Source of the DNA: a candidate division FCPU426 bacterium
GTDB taxonomy: Bacteria; Oederibacteriota; JAAXVQ01; JAUVAV01
DNA: 64,000 nucleotides
Reading direction: 5' to 3'
NCBI GenBank assembly: GCA_030637655.1
Contig: DAOWGI010000092.1
Span: forward strand, 26,161 to 90,160
Shown: one piece after another, positions 11,402 through 20,864 of the stretch
Position numbering within the stretch: the first letter of the stretch is position 1
Layout: each line of letters opens with the position of its first letter
The notes under the pieces: model-generated
Seen by the model: only the letters and a program-made list of their open reading frames with translations
What the model was told of the DNA's origin: nothing
Databases searched by the model: none
Made by a program: the position numbers and the translations under genes

Positions 11402-12154
11402 TTACCTCTTTCTTTTTTTCTTGGTCATCTCGCTGTGCATCATCACATTGGCCTCAAACCAGGAATCAATGGATTCTCCGGCATCAGCCCAGTGCTCTTT
11501 AAGTATTCCGTATTGCATCTTTTGGCGGCGAATATAGGCATTGTTCACATCAGTAATTTCAAGTTCTCCACGCCCTGAGGGTTTTAAGGTTTTAATGATT
11601 TTAAAAACCAGAGCATCATAAAAATAAATTCCAATCACAGCATAGGGTGAGGGCACTTTTTTGGGTTTCTCAACAATGCCGGTAATGGTCTTGCCTTTGA
11701 ACTTAGGCACACCGTAGGAGGATAAATTGCCGACTTCTTTCAAGAGAATCATACCGCCCTGCGTTTTTTTACTAAATTGCCGCACATACGGTTTCAAAGA
11801 ATCGTAGACCATGTTGTCTCCTAAAAAGACCATAATCGGATGTCCTTCGGAAAACTCTTCTGCCAGCCCTAAGGCTTCGGCAATACCGCCTTCGCCTTTT
11901 TGATAAGTATATTGCAAGCGTTTGATGCCAAACTGACGTCCATCCCCGATCAAACGCAAAAAATCGCCGGCGTTGTTCCCGCCGGTTACCAGCATGATCT
12001 CATCAATACCGGCTTCCACCATCTTCTTCAACGGATGAAAAATCATGGGCTGGTTGTACACCGGCAGCAAATGTTTATTAGTAATGTCAGTCAATGGTTT
12101 CAAGCGTGTACCCAAGCCACCGGCTAAAATAACTCCTTTTACCTTTTTGGACAT
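11402..12154 (-). CDS. rfbA: sugar-phosphate nucleotidyltransferase, likely glucose-1-phosphate thymidylyltransferase
   Basis: KGVILAGGLGTRLKPLT...LLPVYNQPMI is the RmlA-type N-terminal motif. The gene is adjacent to rfbB. Confidence 0.75.
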   Translation of the reverse strand: MSKKVKGVILAGGLGTRLKPLTDITNKHLLPVYNQPMIFHPLKKMVEAGIDEIMLVTGGNNAGDFLRLIGDGRQFGIKRLQYTYQKGEGGIAEALGLAEEFSEGHPIMVFLGDNMVYDSLKPYVRQFSKKTQGGMILLKEVGNLSSYGVPKFKGKTITGIVEKPKKVPSPYAVIGIYFYDALVFKIIKTLKPSGRGELEITDVNNAYIRRQKMQYGILKEHWADAGESIDSWFEANVMMHSEMTKKKRKR

Positions 12155-12183
12155 AGTATTTCTCCTAACCTGCTTTTTAAATT

Positions 12184-13473
12184 TTATTTTCTACCTACAC
12201 CCTGATAAGTAAACCCTAGGGCTTTTGTTTTTTGCGGATCATAAATGTTGCGGCCATCCACAATCACCGGGGTTTTCATTAAGCTTTTGACTCGCTGCAA
12301 ATCCATCTCTTTGAATTCGTTCCACTCCGTAAATATCACCAGGCAGTGAGCGCCTGCTACCGCTGTGTAGGCATCATCAGCCAATTTGACTCCAGGTAAT
12401 TCTTTTTCCGCGTGTTCCAAAGCAGCCGGATCATAAACGCGCACCCTGGCTCCGTTTTCCTGCAACAACCGGATAACCTCCACCGCCACCGCCTCGCGCA
12501 AATCATCAGTGTCCGGTTTAAAAGAAAGTCCCAGGGCCGCAATCTGTTTGCCTTCCAGCGGCCCCAACACATCCTTAATCCTGGCTAACATGGAACGTTT
12601 TTGATACGCGTTGGCCTCAACCACGGCATTGAGCACCTTGAAATCATAGCCTTCTTTCTTGGCTTTCTGAATCAAAGCGGAAACATCTTTAGGAAAGCAG
12701 GAACCGCCGTACCCGGCGCCGGCATTGAGAAACGCGGGCCCTATGCGGGAGTCCATTCCCATACCGTGCGCCACTTTGATCACGTCCGCGTCCACTTTTT
12801 CGCAAAGATTGGCAATCTCGTTGATAAAGGTAATCTTGGTTGCCAGAAACGCGTTGCTGGCGTATTTGATCATCTCAGCGCTGCGCAGATCAGTTACCAT
12901 AATCTCGGCTTCCAAGGGTTTGTACAGTTCGCTCACCCGTTCGGCGGCAACACCATCATTGGTGCCGATCAGTACCCGGTCCGGATGCATAAAATCATGC
13001 ACAGCCGATCCTTCCCGCAAAAATTCCGGATTGGAAACCACATCCACTTTATGCTCTAAGCCGCCGTGTTCCTCAATAATGCTGGCCACCAGATCACCCA
13101 TGCCAACCGGAACCGTGCTTTTGTCCACCACAATCTTACTGCCATTGAGGTGCTCACCAATACCGGCTGCCACCTGCTTGACAGCGCTCAAATCCGCTTC
13201 GCCGCCTTCAGCTTGCGGGGTCCCGACCGCAATAAAAATAAATTCCGATTGTTCAACACCCTGCTTCAAATCAGTGGTGAAGGTCAGACGTTTATGCAAA
13301 TTATGATCAATCAATTCTTTGAGTCCGGGCTCATAGATGGGTATACTACCCTGCTGCAATTTTTTAATTTTAGCCTGGTCAACATCCACGCCAATGACCT
13401 CATTGCCCAAATCCGCAAAACAGGCGCAGGTGACCAGCCCGACATATCCGGTTCCAACCACACATATTTTCAC
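12184..13473 (-). CDS. ugd: UDP-glucose 6-dehydrogenase
   Basis: The track start is TTG at 13479. The GTG at 13473 gives a canonical MKICVVGTGYVGL N-terminus with a GGGAG SD. Active-site motif GGSCFPKD is present. Confidence 0.9.
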   Translation of the reverse strand: MKICVVGTGYVGLVTCACFADLGNEVIGVDVDQAKIKKLQQGSIPIYEPGLKELIDHNLHKRLTFTTDLKQGVEQSEFIFIAVGTPQAEGGEADLSAVKQVAAGIGEHLNGSKIVVDKSTVPVGMGDLVASIIEEHGGLEHKVDVVSNPEFLREGSAVHDFMHPDRVLIGTNDGVAAERVSELYKPLEAEIMVTDLRSAEMIKYASNAFLATKITFINEIANLCEKVDADVIKVAHGMGMDSRIGPAFLNAGAGYGGSCFPKDVSALIQKAKKEGYDFKVLNAVVEANAYQKRSMLARIKDVLGPLEGKQIAALGLSFKPDTDDLREAVAVEVIRLLQENGARVRVYDPAALEHAEKELPGVKLADDAYTAVAGAHCLVIFTEWNEFKEMDLQRVKSLMKTPVIVDGRNIYDPQKTKALGFTYQGVGRK

Positions 13474-13622
13474 AGCCAATCTCCCTTCCCTGGTTACTGA
13501 AATGTTATTTTCACTTTAAAAACAGGAATAACTCCATATTTATATAAAAAGAAAGGAATTATAGCATTTCTCTTATTATCCAACAAGTTTAAACCCGTTT
13601 TTTTCCTGACTTGGTAAAGCGT

Positions 13623-15803
13623 TTATTCTCCGATCGAGACGCCCTCAGCGCCTCCCATGCCCAGTTTAAATTCAGGAAAGGCCTTAAGATTTATACCTAA
13701 TCCTACTTCCATATTTCCGTCCGAGTAAACTTTGACACCGGCATTCATGGCCCAGCAGTGCAAGTCCCGGGAAAGACTGAGCGAGAAATTGGTGAATTCC
13801 TTTTTTACTGCATCGTACTGGAGCACACTGTTTAAAGAGACGCCGGTTCCGGGCCGGAAACCGGCACTCAAGGTGCCAAATAAGGAATGATCCCGAATCG
13901 CGGTCCCGATATAGGAATACGAACCACTTATGGTCAGATTCCAAATCTTGCCATACATACTGCTGGACAAATAGGCGGAGGTAATACGTTCCCGCACCCA
14001 GGAGTGTTGTCCTTGCCCGGTTATGGATATCTGCGGACTGATAGTAGCTCTGCCATTAAAGGTCAAGATATCCATACGCTCACGCCAATTGTGGTTCTCT
14101 TCAAAATCAAGCAAATTATATCCGGTTGAGGTTTGTAAGGTTATAAAATTGCCCATGTAATAGTCAGTGGCTAGTCCCACACGATGGGATGTGATCCCAG
14201 CCCTTGGCAGACTGATATCCGCCAGCATGGGAAACTTGCGCGTGAACTCATGCGAGATACGGGTCTGCAGCAAGTGCGTTGGTTTAGTATAACGGTAATT
14301 GACCCATTTGTTGGTTAAGGTGACACGCGTGCTGTACGCGGCGTCCAATTCAGTTTGCCGGGTATCATAATCAGCATAAAAGGTTTCACGATACACCCCG
14401 GCAATCGGCAAATTCAAAGAGCCGGACAGACTGGGCTGGGTCACCACCCACACCGGTAGTGTGAGGGTCTGAGTAAAACCGGGTCTGACACTAAATGTGT
14501 CGCGGTATCGATAACGAATAGCTTCTGTCCCAATACGATCATAGGCGCGGTTAACAGAAGAATTAAAATTAAAATAAATGGGATAACGCATGTCCGCGAC
14601 TTTGCGGGAAGATAGCGAAAAATTTACCGTCGGCAATTCGCGGCTGGAAGTATAGTATTGATCCCGTTCCGGATCCAGGCTTTCCACATCACTGGCTCTC
14701 ATACTAAAATAGTAACCATCTCCACGATGCGAATACGCGAGATAGGATTTCTGCTGGAAAGTATCCACCAGATCGTATGAAAATTCACGGTTAAAGGTGC
14801 GGTCTGAGAGATAGTCCAGATTGAGCTGCAAGAGATCCCGATCCGTAAATTCATGCCGGTTGGACATATTCGCGGTCCAGCGTTCAACACCCTGTTCCTT
14901 ATCATTAACATACATGGCCAAAAGATCACCAGCGCCTTTTCCGTAGAATTCATATTCCAGATGATGGTCCAGCCCCACACCCACACCTTTTTTCTCCATA
15001 AAATCCAGTAAGATGCCGCCATAACTTTCTTTCCAGAGGTAATAATTAAAACGCAGTTTGGTAAAAAAACCCTCAAAATCATTGTATCCAATCCGGATCG
15101 AGAATGGCGTCCGGTTGTCTTTTAAAGAACGGCGGATCCAGGGCAGATAAAAGAGCGGCGTGGTTCCCACATACACAATGGCATGGTGCGCGGTTAAAGA
15201 GTCATTGAGGATAATATCGATCTGATCGGCTGTCAGGTGATAATGCGGATGACGGGCATTGCAGGTGGTAAAACGCGCGGCGCGAATAGTTACCTTGTCT
15301 TCGCCCTCTTTTTCCACGGATGCCCCTTGATAATACCAAGGATGCGTGGCAAACAAAATTCCCTGCATTTTAGCGCTGCGGGTTTCCAAATCATAATCCA
15401 ATTTGACACACCTGATTTTCCGCTGTTTTTCAATCAGCACCACATTACCTCTGGCATGTACCCAATTGGTTTCCATATTTGCTTGCGCTTGGTCGGCATT
15501 TAAGGTCACATTGGCATACCACACGCGAACATTACCCACTGCGGTGAGCACGCTATTTGCTTCCTCGTAATGAAAACGATCCGCAAACAAGGTGACTTTA
15601 TCAGGCGCTAAAACCTTGCCAACAGCCGTGTTGGACTCCGCCTCCGGTATAACCGGCGCTTCAGCCTGCACGACTGTTGGCACCAACACCGGCAGTGCCA
15701 AAATCAGCAGTAAAAAAAGTGGCGTGCCGCTATGCGACACGCCGGTCATCAGTTGTCTCATGGTATGCTCTCGACCCGGATGGCAGCAGTCGCCCGGGGA
15801 CAT
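13623..15803 (-). CDS. lptD: LPS-assembly outer membrane protein LptD (OstA family)
   Basis: N-terminal OstA-like domain (FADRFHYEEANSVLTAVGNVRVWYANVTLNADQA) plus a large C-terminal beta-barrel. Signal peptide MRQLMTGVSHSGTPLFLLLILALPVLV. An alternative ATG is at 15761. The ATG at 15803 overlaps the TAA of the upstream ABC gene as TAATG. Confidence 0.8.
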   Translation of the reverse strand: MSPGDCCHPGREHTMRQLMTGVSHSGTPLFLLLILALPVLVPTVVQAEAPVIPEAESNTAVGKVLAPDKVTLFADRFHYEEANSVLTAVGNVRVWYANVTLNADQAQANMETNWVHARGNVVLIEKQRKIRCVKLDYDLETRSAKMQGILFATHPWYYQGASVEKEGEDKVTIRAARFTTCNARHPHYHLTADQIDIILNDSLTAHHAIVYVGTTPLFYLPWIRRSLKDNRTPFSIRIGYNDFEGFFTKLRFNYYLWKESYGGILLDFMEKKGVGVGLDHHLEYEFYGKGAGDLLAMYVNDKEQGVERWTANMSNRHEFTDRDLLQLNLDYLSDRTFNREFSYDLVDTFQQKSYLAYSHRGDGYYFSMRASDVESLDPERDQYYTSSRELPTVNFSLSSRKVADMRYPIYFNFNSSVNRAYDRIGTEAIRYRYRDTFSVRPGFTQTLTLPVWVVTQPSLSGSLNLPIAGVYRETFYADYDTRQTELDAAYSTRVTLTNKWVNYRYTKPTHLLQTRISHEFTRKFPMLADISLPRAGITSHRVGLATDYYMGNFITLQTSTGYNLLDFEENHNWRERMDILTFNGRATISPQISITGQGQHSWVRERITSAYLSSSMYGKIWNLTISGSYSYIGTAIRDHSLFGTLSAGFRPGTGVSLNSVLQYDAVKKEFTNFSLSLSRDLHCWAMNAGVKVYSDGNMEVGLGINLKAFPEFKLGMGGAEGVSIGE

Positions 15804-16918
15804 TAAACAATAGTTTGCTCTGTAGCTCTGTCAAAAAAGTGGGCCTTACTCATATCAAAAACCAGATCAATGTCCTGGTTGACTTCCAACTGCTCGTATG
15901 AAGCTACCCGAGCCATAAAAGGACTTTTGCCGGTGGTCAAATACAAATAGGCTTCTGCGCCCATGGGTTCCACCACTTCCACGGTTGCGGTAATGGTGTT
16001 GTCCGGCGAGGCATTGGAAGCATACACTTTATCAAAAATATCCTCCGGCCGGATCCCTAAGGTTAAATCTTTGCCCATGTATTCTTCCAGCGTGGAAATG
16101 TGATCATCATGGACTTTTACTGTAAAATTCTCTTCAGAAAAATAAACCGCATCTTTTTTCTTAATCAATGACCCTTCCATAAAGTTCATAGCAGGAGATC
16201 CGATAAACCCGGCCACAAATTTGTTGGTGGGTTGATCATACAAGGTAATAGGATCGGCAATCTGTTGGATCAACCCGTCTTTCATGACCACAATACGATC
16301 ACCCATGGTCATGGCTTCAACCTGATCGTGCGTAACATAAATCATGGTAGCTTGCAAACGGGTGTGCAATTTGCTAATCTCAGCACGCATCTGGACACGC
16401 AATTTGGCGTCCAAATTGGATAGCGGTTCGTCAAAGAGAAATACTTTGGGTTTCCGAACAATAGCTCTGCCCACAGCCACACGCTGCCGCTGACCACCGG
16501 AGAGCACTCTGGGTTTCTTCTCTAAAATGTCAGTAATCCCGAGAATATCCGCGGTTTCCAAAACCCGCTGCTGGATCTCTTCTTTGGGCAATTTCTTTAA
16601 TTTCAAACCAAACGACATGTTTTCATACACATTCATGTGCGGATAGAGCGCGTAATTCTGAAAAACCATGGCAATGTCACGATCTTTAGGAGGCATATCA
16701 TTGACTAACTTGTCTGCAATCATAATTTCGCCTTCAGTGATATCTTCCAAACCGGCAATTAAACGTAAAGTAGTTGATTTTCCGCATCCGGACGGACCGA
16801 CCAAGACAATAAATTCTTTGTCTTCACAACTTAAATTGACATTTCTAACTGCTTCCTTAGGTTTTCCGGGCTTATCCGGAAATCTTTTCCAAACATTTTT
16901 AAGAACCACACGTGCCAA
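15803..16918 (-). CDS. ABC transporter ATP-binding protein, MalK/UgpC/MsmX type with C-terminal TOBE-like regulatory domain
   Basis: Walker A GPSGCGKST, signature LSGGQRQR and Walker B VFLFDEPLSNLD. GGAGG SD upstream. No permease or binding protein is adjacent. Confidence 0.85.
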   Translation of the reverse strand: MARVVLKNVWKRFPDKPGKPKEAVRNVNLSCEDKEFIVLVGPSGCGKSTTLRLIAGLEDITEGEIMIADKLVNDMPPKDRDIAMVFQNYALYPHMNVYENMSFGLKLKKLPKEEIQQRVLETADILGITDILEKKPRVLSGGQRQRVAVGRAIVRKPKVFLFDEPLSNLDAKLRVQMRAEISKLHTRLQATMIYVTHDQVEAMTMGDRIVVMKDGLIQQIADPITLYDQPTNKFVAGFIGSPAMNFMEGSLIKKKDAVYFSEENFTVKVHDDHISTLEEYMGKDLTLGIRPEDIFDKVYASNASPDNTITATVEVVEPMGAEAYLYLTTGKSPFMARVASYEQLEVNQDIDLVFDMSKAHFFDRATEQTIV

Positions 16919-16946
16919 GGTACTACCTCCTCAAATGATGCAATAT

Positions 16947-16981
16947 ATAAATAGGAACAATGTTACTTTGTTCCTATTTAT
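16947..16981. other. perfect 14-bp-stem hairpin (ataaataggaacaa / ttgttcctatttat, 7-nt loop) between argH and the ABC ATPase gene
   Basis: Seen directly. On the minus-strand transcript it lies about 20 nt upstream of the ABC gene SD. It is followed by AUAUUGCAUCAUUU, so it could be a weak terminator or attenuator, or an mRNA stabiliser. Confidence 0.45.
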
Positions 16982-17068
16982 ATTGGATCTTGATAAAAAA
17001 CGATTTTAAATACAAAAAATAATAGGTTTTCGCTATTTTACAGACGTTACCTATTCACTGTCAATCAT

Positions 17069-18514
17069 TTATTTGCCCTTTTTGGCCTTTTTAGCCGTAA
17101 AAAGACGGTTCCGGACTTTCTTTAGTGCTGCTTTAACTCGGCTGGACGCTGTTCCACCCAATGATTTTTTACGTTCAATACTATTTTGCAGACGAACAAC
17201 CTGTAAAATCCCTGCTTGAAATTGAGGATGAAAGTTTCTCCACTTAGCTAAGCTAAGCTGCTCCAACTGCAACCCTTCTTGGGCAGCATAGGTCACTGCC
17301 CGGCCAACCACCGCATGCGCCTCCCGAAATGGCACCCCCTGAGCAACCAAATGATCAGCAGCTTCTGTGGCAGTGGGAAAACCGTGCTGACAAGCTGATT
17401 GCATGGCCTCCTGGTTTAACCGCATGCTCTCCAACATGGGTGCCAACACAATGAAGGTCTGAATCAATATGTCGGACGTATTGAATATTGGTTCCTTATC
17501 TTCTTGCAAATCACGATTGTAGGTCATAGGCAAACCTTTGAGTACAGTCAAGAGTGTGACTAAATTACCCACAATCTTACCGCTTCGGCCGCGAATCAAT
17601 TCCGCAATATCCGGATTACGCTTTTGCGGCATAATTGAAGATCCGGTGGAAAATCCTTGATTTAAGGTAATAAATTGGTATTCACTACTGGAGAACCACA
17701 CAATTTCTTCAGCCAGACGCGAAGTGTGAATCGCGCAAATCGCGGCTGCATTTAAAAACTCCAAACAGAAATCGCGATCGCCTACCGTATCCATCGAATT
17801 CGCGGTAACTCGTGAAAAACCAAGATATTTCGCTACCTGTTGCCTGTCAATAGGATGCGTAGTCCCGGCTAAAGCAGCAGATCCCAAAGGTAATTCATCC
17901 AAACTACCAAACAGGAGTCGGGTAAAACGCGTTTCATCCCGCACCAAGGCTTCCAAATGCGCCAGCAGCCAGTGTGAAACCAAAACCGGTTGTGCTACCT
18001 GCATATGCGTATACCCGGGCATAACCCAGCCCATATGTTTCTCCGCCAATTTCAAGAACACCTTCTGGATGGTGCGCAAGCCTTGGATGATTTCTTCACA
18101 CTCATCCTGCAAATACAATTTTACATCAGTAAGCACCTGGTCATTGCGTGACCGCGCAGTATGCATTTTTCCTGCTACACTGCCGATGATCTCATACAAG
18201 CGTCTTTCCACCAGCATGTGCACATCTTCATCCTGAGAGGTAATTTTAATGCTTCCCTTTTCCCATTCTTGCAGAATCTTTTGCAGACCCTGCTGTATTT
18301 TCCGCGCTTCCGTCCGGCGTAGTATTTTTTGCCTGCCCAGCATTTCCACATGCGCTTGACTGCCAATAATATCATATGGCAACAAACGGATGTCCACCGC
18401 CAGCGAAGATGAGTAGGCTTCCGCCCTGGGATCCGGCCCTTGGGTAAAGCGTCCGGACCAGGCTTTGCCAGGTGCTTTGGTTTTCATTTTTTTTGGTTTG
18501 GGGGTCATGGTCAT
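17069..18514 (-). CDS. argH: argininosuccinate lyase
   Basis: Full-length ArgH homology (WSGRF..., fumarate-lyase signature GSSIMPQKRNPD). The start may be one of the downstream in-frame ATGs. Confidence 0.9.
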   Translation of the reverse strand: MTMTPKPKKMKTKAPGKAWSGRFTQGPDPRAEAYSSSLAVDIRLLPYDIIGSQAHVEMLGRQKILRRTEARKIQQGLQKILQEWEKGSIKITSQDEDVHMLVERRLYEIIGSVAGKMHTARSRNDQVLTDVKLYLQDECEEIIQGLRTIQKVFLKLAEKHMGWVMPGYTHMQVAQPVLVSHWLLAHLEALVRDETRFTRLLFGSLDELPLGSAALAGTTHPIDRQQVAKYLGFSRVTANSMDTVGDRDFCLEFLNAAAICAIHTSRLAEEIVWFSSSEYQFITLNQGFSTGSSIMPQKRNPDIAELIRGRSGKIVGNLVTLLTVLKGLPMTYNRDLQEDKEPIFNTSDILIQTFIVLAPMLESMRLNQEAMQSACQHGFPTATEAADHLVAQGVPFREAHAVVGRAVTYAAQEGLQLEQLSLAKWRNFHPQFQAGILQVVRLQNSIERKKSLGGTASSRVKAALKKVRNRLFTAKKAKKGK

Positions 18515-18530
18515 TCGTCCTTTTCATGAC

Positions 18531-18680
18531 GGGCGACCGCGAGGGTCGCCCCTACATTTTTCTTGGGCAAATCGTCCTTCTGCCAGGGCGCTGCTAGCTG
18601 CACCCCTACATTTTTCACGAGCCATACGTTGCAATGGGTCACGGACACACGGACGAATACAAGATTCGCCCCTACATATT
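18531..18680. repeat. cluster of three REP-like units each ending in CCCCTACAT(T)TT
   Basis: Units are gggcgaccgcgagggtcgcccctacattttt, ...ctgcacccctacattttt and ...ttcgcccctacatattt. They sit in the argG-argH intergenic region at irregular spacing. Confidence 0.7.
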
Positions 18681-19888
18681 TATTTGCGTCTTTTCAATCC
18701 CGCTCTTACCTTCATTGGCAATCCATACAGGGAAATAAAACCTGTGGCATCGGATTGTTGATACACATCATCTTCTCCAAAGGTAGCCAAGGCTTCGGAA
18801 AAAAGTGAATTTTCCGATCGCCGTCCCAGCACTGTGGCCAGACCACGATACAACTGCATGCGCACCTCTCCCGTAGCCGGCTCCATCACCTGATTCATGA
18901 AAGCATCCAAGCTCTCACGCAAATGAGTAAACCATTGACCATTGTAAACCAGGTCAGCGTATTTCAGCGCCAATTGATTCCGCACGTGCATGGTCTCACG
19001 ATCCAGGACCAGGCTGACCAACTCATGCACGGCGGCAACCAAAATGGTTCCGCCCGGAGTTTCATAAGCGCCGCGTGATTTCATGCCCACCAGACGGTTT
19101 TCCACCAAATCCGAACGTCCGATACCATGTTTCCCACCCAATTGGTTTAAACGCTGAATGATTTTCACGAGATCCATTTTTATACCATTGAGACTGACTG
19201 GTTTTCCGGCTCGAAAACCAATGGTAACCTGGCCCGGCTTGGCCGGCGCTTTTTGCGGATCTTGGGTGAGCATCCACACCGGCTTGTTGGGAGCAGCCCA
19301 AGGGTCCTCCAATTCACCACCCTCATGACTTATGTGCCATAAATTTCGGTCACGCGAATACAAATTCTTTAAGGACTGCGAGACCGGAACTTTTTTCTGC
19401 TTCGCGTAGCGCAAAGCATCTTCGCGCGAACGCAAATCCCAACGTGGATCACGCCAGGGTGCTACGACTTTCAAATTCGGCGCCAGCGCCTGAAAGGTCA
19501 ATTCAAAGCGAACCTGATCATTGCCTTTGCCGGTGCATCCGTGCGCTAAAGCATCGGCTCCCTCTCTTTTCGCAATCGCAACCTGGTGCTTGGCTATTAA
19601 TGGCCGCGCAATCGCGGTGCCCAGTAGATATTTATTCTCATACACGGCTCCGGATTTCAGCATAGGCAGAATGTAGTCTTCGGCAAATTCTTTTTTCAAA
19701 TCAAGCACATAACATTTTGACGCGCCGGTTTTCTTGGCTTTGGCCGGCAATCCTTTCAGTTCTTCTTCCTGTCCTACATCCGCGGCAAAAGCAATGACCT
19801 CGCAATGGTAATTATCTTTTAACCAAGGAATAATCACCGAGGTGTCCAAACCACCGGAATAGGCCAAAACAATTTTTTTAATTTTCAT
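18680..19888 (-). CDS. argG: argininosuccinate synthase
   Basis: N-terminal motif AYSGGLDTS with full-length ArgG homology and an ATG start. Confidence 0.95.
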   Translation of the reverse strand: MKIKKIVLAYSGGLDTSVIIPWLKDNYHCEVIAFAADVGQEEELKGLPAKAKKTGASKCYVLDLKKEFAEDYILPMLKSGAVYENKYLLGTAIARPLIAKHQVAIAKREGADALAHGCTGKGNDQVRFELTFQALAPNLKVVAPWRDPRWDLRSREDALRYAKQKKVPVSQSLKNLYSRDRNLWHISHEGGELEDPWAAPNKPVWMLTQDPQKAPAKPGQVTIGFRAGKPVSLNGIKMDLVKIIQRLNQLGGKHGIGRSDLVENRLVGMKSRGAYETPGGTILVAAVHELVSLVLDRETMHVRNQLALKYADLVYNGQWFTHLRESLDAFMNQVMEPATGEVRMQLYRGLATVLGRRSENSLFSEALATFGEDDVYQQSDATGFISLYGLPMKVRAGLKRRK

Positions 19889-19918
19889 GCTACCTACCTT
19901 CTTTCATACCTCTTGGTT

Positions 19919-19976
19919 GTAGGGGCACGGCATCCGACTTCGCTAAAGCGATGTCGGACAAGCATAATGCCCCTAC
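19919..19976. repeat. REP-like compound palindrome GTAGGGGCACGG...GCCCCTAC
   Basis: Sequence: gtaggggcacggcatccgacttcgctaaagcgatgtcggacaagcataatgcccctac. It lies between the GT2 gene stop and the argG start. Confidence 0.7.
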
Positions 19977-19978
19977 CT

Positions 19979-20689
19979 TCATCCAAAAATTCCATACCGC
20001 AAGATGCAGTACAAAGCCCGCAACGCATCTTTGGCCTGAATTTTCTTGCCTTCTTGATAGGTCCGGCCATGGTAGGAAATACCGACCTCATAAAAAATAC
20101 ATTTCTTCCGTGCCACTTTGATGGTCACCTCAGGTTCAAAACCAAAGCGTTTTTCTTTGAGTGGTATGTTCTGCAAAATTTCGCGGCGAAACATCTTGTA
20201 ACAAACTTCCATATCGGTCAGACAAAGATTGGCAAACATGTTGCACAACTGGGTTAGAAAACGATTGATCACATAATGCCAAAAAAATAGAACTCGCCGG
20301 CTTTTGGTAGTCAAAAAACGACTGCCGTACACTACATCCGCTTCACCCTTTGCGATGGGCAAAAGCAAATCCTGATAATCGACCGGATCGTATTCCAGAT
20401 CCGCATCCTGAATAATAATCACATCGTTTTTAGCGTGTCTAATACCCTCCTGCAACGCCGCCCCTTTGCCGCTGTTCTTGGGAAGACGATAGACCCTCAG
20501 GTCTTTGCCGGCCGCCGCCTTGAGCACTTCGGACGTGTTGTCGGTTGAGGCATCGTCCACTACAATTATCTCTTTGGGAATGGCAATGGCCCGGACCCGG
20601 CGCAGTATTTCAGCCATAGTTTTTTCTTCATTATAAACCGGAATAACCACTGACAGCGTCGGCCATTGCCTGGAATTTAAACCTGGCAT
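19979..20689 (-). CDS. family 2 glycosyltransferase (DPM1-like polyprenol-phosphate sugar synthase type)
   Basis: SVVIPVYNEE ... DDASTDNT ... QDADLEYDP are the GT2 DxD-region motifs. The track ORF starts at a GTG inside a REP element (20740). The ATG at 20689 (MPGLNSRQWPTLSVVIPVYNE) is preferred. Confidence 0.8.
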   Translation of the reverse strand: MPGLNSRQWPTLSVVIPVYNEEKTMAEILRRVRAIAIPKEIIVVDDASTDNTSEVLKAAAGKDLRVYRLPKNSGKGAALQEGIRHAKNDVIIIQDADLEYDPVDYQDLLLPIAKGEADVVYGSRFLTTKSRRVLFFWHYVINRFLTQLCNMFANLCLTDMEVCYKMFRREILQNIPLKEKRFGFEPEVTIKVARKKCIFYEVGISYHGRTYQEGKKIQAKDALRALYCILRYGIFG

Positions 20690-20732
20690 TAAATCATTCC
20701 TTTCGAACAGTTCTTCTATTGAACAATTTACC

Positions 20733-20755
20733 GGGCGCACTCAGTGCGCCCCTAC
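20733..20755. repeat. REP element, family A (gggcgcactcagtgcgcccctac)
   Basis: An 8-bp GC stem with loop tca, followed by the CTAC tetranucleotide. Identical units occur at 46920-46942 and 62131-62153. Further ccctacc-containing palindromes lie at 20775-20872 and overlap the argF stop. Confidence 0.8.
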
Positions 20756-20864
20756 ATAATACTTTTCTGCCGGGTTTCAAATGGGCGGACACAGGGGACC
20801 GCCTTTTACGGGCGAACATCCGCCTTCGTTCCTGCGGAACTATGGCGTGACAAGCAGTGGGTCC

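Noticed and set aside
18531-18680. Possible mini CRISPR array (three cccctacattttt repeats)
   Set aside because: The repeats are only about 13 nt long, their spacing is irregular (about 50-65 nt), they are flanked by GC hairpins and there are no cas genes. This is consistent with a REP/BIME cluster and not with CRISPR.
20738-20740. GTG start of the GT2 ORF as given by the ORF track
   Set aside because: It lies inside REP family A (gggcgcactcagtgcgccc) and has no SD. The downstream ATG at 20689 gives a canonical GT2 N-terminus.
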